From contig CAYXJR010000013.1 of the NCBI GenBank assembly GCA_964465145.1, forward strand, positions 6,766 through 70,765: a stretch of 64,000 nt of DNA, written 5' to 3'. Under the pieces are notes generated by a model, which saw only the letters and a list, made by a program, of their open reading frames with translations, was not told the origin of the DNA and made no database searches. Shown piece by piece: positions 58,177-64,000 of this stretch. Both the position numbers and the translations under genes were made by a program. Origin of the DNA: an uncultured Porphyromonadaceae bacterium (GTDB taxonomy: Bacteria > Bacteroidota > Bacteroidia > Bacteroidales > UBA12481). The stretch's first letter is position 1. The number at the start of each line of letters is the position of its first letter.

Positions 58177-58208
58177 GGGACATAGGGACATAGGGGAATA
58201 GGGACACT
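58177..58208 (+). repeat. 4 x 8-nt tandem repeat GGGACATA/GGGACATA/GGGGAATA/GGGACACT (G-quadruplex-type motif)
   Basis: Read directly. It has four G3-4 tracts separated by 4-5 nt and fills most of the 41-nt gap between convergent stop codons. Confidence 0.9.
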
Positions 58209-58210
58209 CT

Positions 58211-59899
58211 TTACGACAAGCTGATTGCTGCCCAGCCGGATCGGTCAAATTCAATTAAAACTCCAGCGCCTGTCAGCTGGCTGATCATCAGGTTTGCCGC
58301 TGAATGGCCGGATGGATGAAGCTGGTTAATATTAAAACTCTCCCTGTATGCCAAACCAGCCATTTCTAATGCATGGACAGGTATCCTAATCCTGGCATGC
58401 ATAATCTCTTGGCTGAAACATACGCCAATAAGCAAGACAGAATTATCCTTGTATCTCAGGAAAGCGTATATTTTTGATTTTACCTGCTCTTCCATATCCT
58501 GGTTTTGCCACATAAGGTCATAGAATTGCCCCTGGATCTCCGGGCGTATCCTTGCAAAATGGAATAATGAGGAATAGGTTTCGCGAAGCAGCTTTTTATC
58601 CAGATCCAATAATTTTTCATCGCAGGCTCCTTGGTTCCTCCACTTTTGCAATTCTGGCATTGAGCTGTAATCATAGATACTGGTTCTCCCATCATCTCCG
58701 CTAAATCCAGTGGATCCAACTGCTTCTTCACCAACCTCCTGCCCATTGTAAAGCATTACTGGACCACTGTTCATCAAAGTGCAAATAGCCATTGCAGGTA
58801 TGCCTTTCCATGCATCACCAGCAAAGTGATTCGAGGCAATTCGCTGTTCATCATGATTTTCCATAAAACGGAGCATATGACGATCCAATCCATCCAGCCT
58901 TTCCCAGGCCTTACTTATACCTTCTGTGCTTTTCACACCACAGATGATATCCCTTAAACAATCGTATAAGCCTACCTTGTCGTACAGAAAATCAAACCTG
59001 GCAATCTCTATAAATCCACGGTAACGTTCCGGTTCATATAATTCTGCAATAAAGAGTATATCAGGAAATTCCTCCCGTATTTTTCCTATACCATACTTCC
59101 AGAATTCCAGGGGTACCATTCCAGCCATATCACAACGAAAGCCGTCCACTCCTTTTAAACTCCAGAAAAGGAGAATATCCTTCATCTTAATCCAGGTGTC
59201 CGGGATTGGTTCAAAATGGTTTACAGCTGTGGGATATTCTACTCCGTAATTCAATTTTACCGTTTCATACCAATCCTGCATTGATGGAGAAGGGGAGAAC
59301 AAATTGTTACCTGTGGCTTTTGCTGGCTCTTCCCAAAATGCTTCATGATCATATTGCATCGGAAGGGAGAGATTTTGCCCTGGCAGGTAATAGAAATTAT
59401 TATTTTTCGAGAAGTAAACCGACTGGTCATCTCCCTCCCCCAAATCCTTAACATTACTGGGTTTATTGGTAGATTTATAATCTCTGGACACGTGATTTGG
59501 CACAAAATCAACCAATACTTTAATCCCATGCTTATGGATGCGTATTATCAACTCTTCAAATTCGTCCATCCTTTTATCTACACGGATTGCCAAATCAGGA
59601 TCGATGTCATAATAATCCTTAATGGCGTAAGGAGATCCGGCCAGTCCTTTTATTATCTGTGGGTGGCTTTGAGTTAGATTGAATTCAGGGTAAGCCGTAC
59701 CTGAGGCATGGCGTATTATTCCTGTCAGCCATATATGATTGATACCCAGTTCAAGCAAGCTTTCAAGCGCAGATTCACTGATATCGTTGAATTTCCCAGA
59801 GCCATTTTCAGATATCTTGCCCCAGGGTTTTTGTGAGTTTATGTTGTTCCCAAATAGGCGGGGGAAAAGCTGGTATATGACAATTTTCTCTGTCATCAC
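58211..59899 (-). CDS. cytoplasmic GH13 alpha-amylase-family enzyme
   Basis: GH13 regions I-IV are present: VLVDFVPNHVS, DGFRCDMAGMVP, FIAELYE and FMENHDEQR. It has no signal peptide. The start is GTG 59899 or ATG 59896, overlapping the glgB stop. Confidence 0.85.
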   Translation of the reverse strand: MMTEKIVIYQLFPRLFGNNINSQKPWGKISENGSGKFNDISESALESLLELGINHIWLTGIIRHASGTAYPEFNLTQSHPQIIKGLAGSPYAIKDYYDIDPDLAIRVDKRMDEFEELIIRIHKHGIKVLVDFVPNHVSRDYKSTNKPSNVKDLGEGDDQSVYFSKNNNFYYLPGQNLSLPMQYDHEAFWEEPAKATGNNLFSPSPSMQDWYETVKLNYGVEYPTAVNHFEPIPDTWIKMKDILLFWSLKGVDGFRCDMAGMVPLEFWKYGIGKIREEFPDILFIAELYEPERYRGFIEIARFDFLYDKVGLYDCLRDIICGVKSTEGISKAWERLDGLDRHMLRFMENHDEQRIASNHFAGDAWKGIPAMAICTLMNSGPVMLYNGQEVGEEAVGSTGFSGDDGRTSIYDYSSMPELQKWRNQGACDEKLLDLDKKLLRETYSSLFHFARIRPEIQGQFYDLMWQNQDMEEQVKSKIYAFLRYKDNSVLLIGVCFSQEIMHARIRIPVHALEMAGLAYRESFNINQLHPSGHSAANLMISQLTGAGVLIEFDRSGWAAISLS

Positions 59900-61911
59900 T
59901 TTATTCGGCGGATTGGAATTTTTTTGAATACCAAACCGACCCTGCTGGGCAGGTAAAGTTTGAGTTGGTACCCAGATCCCAGGCTCCCCATTCGCTCAGG
60001 CTCATACATCATTTGCTCATCAACTCTTCCAAATCCACCAAAATTATTGGAATCGGAGTTTAGAATGATTTTGTAATCAATCGGTTGGGCAGGAACACCA
60101 TAGTCGGTAAACGAATTTATCGGATTGAAGTTCATTACAAACAGGTAATTGCCACGATCAAAGGCGAGCACCTGATCTCCTGGATTTGAATGCACCAGGA
60201 ATGCCTGCGAATCCCCGGGACCATCTTTTCTCCCGAATAGTTGAATCATTGACCTGTCAAATTCTTCCATGTAACCATATTTGAGTTCCGGGTCATTTGC
60301 CAGTCTCCATTGTCTCCGGGCATATTTATACGACCATCCATTACCTTCCCTGGGAAAATCAATCCATTCCGGGTGGCCAAATTCGTTACCCATAAAATTA
60401 AGGTAACCTCCACCATTGGTAGCAATAGTTATCAGGCGAATCATTTTGTGTAAGGCAATTGCCCTGTCAACAATCAGGCTTGAGGTATTTTTGGCCATAT
60501 GGGTGTACATCTCTTTATCGGCCAGCCTGAAAATAATAGTTTTATCTCCCACTAAAGCCTGGTCATGCGACTCAGTATAACTAATAACCTTTTCATCACT
60601 ACGAAAATTAGTCAGCTCGCCGAATATCTCACCTACATTCCAGGCCTCATCCTTCTTTTCTTTAATGGTTTTTATCCAGAAGTCGGGTATACCCATAGCC
60701 AGGCGATAATCAAAGCCAAGCCCGCCATCCTCAATTTGAACTCCCAAACCGGGAAGGCCACTCATATCTTCGGCTATGGTTATTGCATTGGGATTCACCT
60801 GATGGACCAATCGATTGGCCAACCCCAGGTATTTAACTGCATCATGATCAGTGTTCCATGTGAAGTAATCATCATAACTGGAGAAGGATCGCTCAAGTCC
60901 ATGATCCATATATAGCATACTTGTAATTCCGTCAAAACGATATCCGTCAAAGCGAAATTCTTCCAGCCAGTATTTGCAATTAGATAGCAGAAAATGGATA
61001 ACCTCATCTTTACCGTAATCGAAGCAGAGTGAATCCCAGGCTATATGCTCCCGTCTGTGATTTGAGTGAAACAACATCCCGGGGGATCCATCATAAAGTC
61101 CTGGCCCTTCCAGAGTATTTTTAACAGCATGAGAATGCACAAGATCCATAATTACACGGATTCCCATTCCATGAGCTTTGTCAATCAACTCTTTAAGTTC
61201 TTCCGGTGTTCCAAAACGACTGGAGGGGGCAAAGAAATTGGAGACATGGTATCCGAAGGATCCGTAATAAGGATGTTCCTGGATGGCCATTAATTGAACA
61301 GTATTGTACCCAAGTTTTGCGATACGTGGAAGAACATTCTCTGCAAACTCAGTATAGCTCCCTACTTTTTCCTCTGACGTACCCATCCCGACGTGAGCTT
61401 CATAAATTAGCAGTGGCGTTTTTTTCGGGCTGCCTGGTTGCTGATTATTCCAGGAGTAAGGATTGGGAGGATCCCAAACCTGAGCGTCGAAAAGCTTTGT
61501 TATGGGATTCTGTATTACCCTGCTGGCATACAGGGGTATACGGAAATCGCCACCACCTGGCCATTCAATCCATAACTTGTATCGGTTTGTATGATTAATT
61601 TTATCTTCCGGTAATCGCAATTCCCACTGTCCATGATCTTTTTTTTGAAAGGAGTATTCTTTAGATCTTTCCCAGTTTGTACATTCTCCAATAAGTTGTA
61701 TGGCGGTAGCATTAGGTGCCCATTCTCTGAAAATCCACGCGTCGGATATATGATGCAATCCATAATGAAGGTGACCGTTCGAGAAGTCAGACAGCGACCC
61801 ATTCGATCTTGTCAGAAGCTTTTCTTTTTGGAGGATACTGTTAAGACGCTCCGTAATCTGCTCACTGAAAGGTTCGAGGTAAGGATCATGCTCTATTATT
61901 GGTAACCGCAT
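59896..61911 (-). CDS. glgB: 1,4-alpha-glucan branching enzyme, eukaryote-like GH13_8 type
   Basis: Motifs VIMDLVHSHA, FDGYRFDGITSMLY, ITIAEDMSGLPG and YTESHDQALVGDK resemble eukaryotic-type branching enzymes. The start is uncertain (ATG 61944, 61914 or 61911). Every option overlaps the pepD 3' end. Confidence 0.86.
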   Translation of the reverse strand: MRLPIIEHDPYLEPFSEQITERLNSILQKEKLLTRSNGSLSDFSNGHLHYGLHHISDAWIFREWAPNATAIQLIGECTNWERSKEYSFQKKDHGQWELRLPEDKINHTNRYKLWIEWPGGGDFRIPLYASRVIQNPITKLFDAQVWDPPNPYSWNNQQPGSPKKTPLLIYEAHVGMGTSEEKVGSYTEFAENVLPRIAKLGYNTVQLMAIQEHPYYGSFGYHVSNFFAPSSRFGTPEELKELIDKAHGMGIRVIMDLVHSHAVKNTLEGPGLYDGSPGMLFHSNHRREHIAWDSLCFDYGKDEVIHFLLSNCKYWLEEFRFDGYRFDGITSMLYMDHGLERSFSSYDDYFTWNTDHDAVKYLGLANRLVHQVNPNAITIAEDMSGLPGLGVQIEDGGLGFDYRLAMGIPDFWIKTIKEKKDEAWNVGEIFGELTNFRSDEKVISYTESHDQALVGDKTIIFRLADKEMYTHMAKNTSSLIVDRAIALHKMIRLITIATNGGGYLNFMGNEFGHPEWIDFPREGNGWSYKYARRQWRLANDPELKYGYMEEFDRSMIQLFGRKDGPGDSQAFLVHSNPGDQVLAFDRGNYLFVMNFNPINSFTDYGVPAQPIDYKIILNSDSNNFGGFGRVDEQMMYEPERMGSLGSGYQLKLYLPSRVGLVFKKIPIRRIK

Positions 61912-63367
61912 CATCAGTAGGGATTTGGTTAAGAACCTCAACAAGGAGATCCCAAAACTTTTTTACAGTTATTATATCCAGGCGTTCGTCAGGTGAATGA
62001 GCTCCAAGGATTGTTGGGCCAAAGGAGATCATATCCAGATAAGGGTATTTTTCCAAAAACAAGCCACATTCCAAACCTGCATGGATCGCTCTGACAATGG
62101 GTTTTGTATTGAAAAGATTTTTATATATGCGGGATGTTATTTCAACTATCTCTGAGGATGGATTCGGATTCCAGCCGGGATAGCCAGAACTTCTCGCAGT
62201 TTCAGCCCCTGCTAAAATAAATACGCTCTCCACCATATTGGCCATGTTTTGTTTGGCCGACTCCAGGGAACTGCGTTGACTGGTGGTCACCTCAATGCGA
62301 TCATTGACGAATTTTACGGCAGCGAGATTGGTAGATGTTTCAACCATATCAGGCATGGCCTGGCTCCAGGAAAAAACTCCATGCGGACAGGCATAAAGGC
62401 TGTTCAGCAGATTAGCCTGACAGTCTTCATCAATTGCCCAATCTGGAATTTGCGCAAGTTCAGCCTGCAGATTAAGATTTGGTTCAGACAGGCTGAATTC
62501 GGATCGGAGGATTTTATTGAATTTTTCCGTTTCGGTAATTAGCAGATGTATTTTGTTTTCAGGAACAAGAACAATTGAACTGGCTTCCCGGGGAATAGCA
62601 TTTCTTAAATTCCCTCCGCTGAAGGAGTGTATCAGCAGGTCGAACTGGTCGCTGTATTCCCATAATAACCTAACCAGCATTTTATTGGAATTTCCCCTGC
62701 CTTTTTGAATATCATCCCCAGAATGTCCACCCTGAAGGCCTGTCAAAGAAATTTTTAATGCTCTATATCCTTTTGGAACCGGTTGTTTGAGATAATCAAA
62801 GAATGCCGTTACATCGATACCTCCGGCACACCCGATAAACAGCTCTCCTTCATCTTCTGAATCCAGATTGAGTAGTATTTTACTCTTTATAAAGCCCGAT
62901 TCCAACCCAAAAGCCCCGTTCAGGCCAGTCTCCTCTGCAACCGTAAACAAGCATTCAATGGGTCCGTGGGGTATATCGGAGGATGCCAGCAATGCGAGTT
63001 GGGCCGCGATTCCAATACCATCATCTGCACCTAAGGTTGTCCCTTTGGCTCTTATCCATTGGCCGTCTGACCATACGGTAATTGGATCTTTATTAAAATC
63101 AAATAAAATATCTGAGTTTTTTTCGCAAACCATGTCCATATGACTTTGCAAAACCACGGATTTGCGATTTTCCATACCCATAATGGCAGTTTTACTAATA
63201 AGTACATTACCCACAGAATCAACCTCCGTTTTCAGTCCCAGGTTAGTCCCAAATTTTACAAGGTATTCCCTTATTCTTTCTTCCTTGTTGCTTGGCCTCG
63301 GGATTTTAAGAATCTCGCTAAAATATTTCCAAACGGATACCGGTTCTAAATTATTTAATACTGACAT
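61886..63367 (-). CDS. pepD: aminoacyl-histidine dipeptidase (M20C, PepD)
   Basis: N-terminus LEPVSVWKYFSEILKIPRPSNKEERIREYL and metal-ligand contexts LQSHMDMVCEKN, LGADDGIGIA, VAEETGLNGA and HAGLECG. Confidence 0.9.
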   Translation of the reverse strand: MSVLNNLEPVSVWKYFSEILKIPRPSNKEERIREYLVKFGTNLGLKTEVDSVGNVLISKTAIMGMENRKSVVLQSHMDMVCEKNSDILFDFNKDPITVWSDGQWIRAKGTTLGADDGIGIAAQLALLASSDIPHGPIECLFTVAEETGLNGAFGLESGFIKSKILLNLDSEDEGELFIGCAGGIDVTAFFDYLKQPVPKGYRALKISLTGLQGGHSGDDIQKGRGNSNKMLVRLLWEYSDQFDLLIHSFSGGNLRNAIPREASSIVLVPENKIHLLITETEKFNKILRSEFSLSEPNLNLQAELAQIPDWAIDEDCQANLLNSLYACPHGVFSWSQAMPDMVETSTNLAAVKFVNDRIEVTTSQRSSLESAKQNMANMVESVFILAGAETARSSGYPGWNPNPSSEIVEITSRIYKNLFNTKPIVRAIHAGLECGLFLEKYPYLDMISFGPTILGAHSPDERLDIITVKKFWDLLVEVLNQIPTDDAVTNNRA

Positions 63368-63501
63368 GATAAAAATCTTTATTGCTTAAAGATAATGATC
63401 TTCCCCGGTTCAATCCAATAAAAATCATTTTTGAAAATGGAAAAAAGTTATATATTTAGGATTTGATAAAATTGAATTATTAGACTAAAAATAAGGCACT
63501 T

Positions 63502-64000
63502 ATGACTAAGCGAACGATTGTGGCGATGCCCGGTGATGGTATTGGTGGAGTTGTGCTCAAAGCCGCGATTCGAGTACTTGACGCAGCAAATTTTGAAGCG
63601 GATTATGTAAATGGTGATATTGGATGGAAATTTTGGAAAAATGAAGGCAATCCTCTGCCTGAAAGAACCATAAAGCTACTTGAACTGCATAAGTTGGGAT
63701 TGTTCGGTGCCATTACTTCAAAGCATAAGGATGCAGCTATTGCCGAGCTGGATCCTGGATTAAAAAACAAAGGGCTCATTTATTCCAGCCCTATTGTAGG
63801 ATTACGCCAGCATTTTGATCTGGATATATGTATCAGGCCATGTAAAAGCTATAAGGGCAATCCCCTGAATTTTATTCGCAGGGGAGTTGGTGGAAGTATT
63901 ATCGAACCTGAGGTCGATGTGGTTATTTTCCGCCAAAATACAGAAGGCCTATATGGAGGGGTAGAGTGGAGTAATCCAGGTGTTGAAGTTTATAATGCAT
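63502..64000 (+). CDS. isocitrate/isopropylmalate dehydrogenase family protein, N-terminal fragment (3' end outside window)
   Basis: Hand translation from ATG 63502 gives MTKRTIVAMPGDGIGGVVLKAAIRVLDAA...LRQHFDLDICIRPCK...VIFRQNTEGLYGG. The frame is open to the window end. It is absent from the ORF track because no stop codon is reached. Confidence 0.8.
   Translation, partial: MTKRTIVAMPGDGIGGVVLKAAIRVLDAANFEADYVNGDIGWKFWKNEGNPLPERTIKLLELHKLGLFGAITSKHKDAAIAELDPGLKNKGLIYSSPIVGLRQHFDLDICIRPCKSYKGNPLNFIRRGVGGSIIEPEVDVVIFRQNTEGLYGGVEWSNPGVEVYNA

Noticed and set aside
1-64000. CRISPR arrays, transposases/IS elements, prophage or known defence-system genes
   Set aside because: I saw no spaced direct-repeat arrays and no ORFs with transposase, integrase, Cas, restriction-modification or toxin-antitoxin hallmarks. 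The window reads as conserved core chromosome.

Overview
This window looks like a chromosomal core region of a Bacteroidota genome, probably an anaerobe, with roughly 40% GC by eye. The phylum call rests on T9SS C-terminal sorting domains, a CarboxypepD_reg-type TonB-dependent receptor, a FISUMP-domain protein, recurrent TAnnTTTG -7 promoter boxes and a GT3-type glycogen synthase. I support about 52 protein genes, packed tightly with several ATGA/TGATG-type overlaps. I also support one tRNA (CAU anticodon), one TPP riboswitch, several intrinsic terminators and two small sequence oddities. Most genes are housekeeping: dnaK, xseA/xseB, panB, cdd, fmt, ribBA, queE, pepD and thioredoxin. The rest are envelope or secreted proteins: TonB receptor, S8 peptidase, tricorn-like S41 protease, OmpA/TPR, LptF/G and glycosyltransferases. 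I saw no transposase, integrase, phage, CRISPR or recognisable defence genes, so this is not an accessory island. The most interesting content is metabolic. (1) A 13-kb alpha-glucan (glycogen) locus at 49.1-61.9 kb is built from eukaryote- and archaea-type enzymes, including a 1412-aa single-polypeptide fusion of a GT3 glycogen synthase with a GT35 alpha-glucan phosphorylase. (2) A citrate-lyase module has CitD fused to CitE, followed by CitF, with no citC/citX/citG in the window. (3) A TPP riboswitch controls a stand-alone TonB-dependent receptor. All homology statements come from motif recognition by eye. No database search was run.
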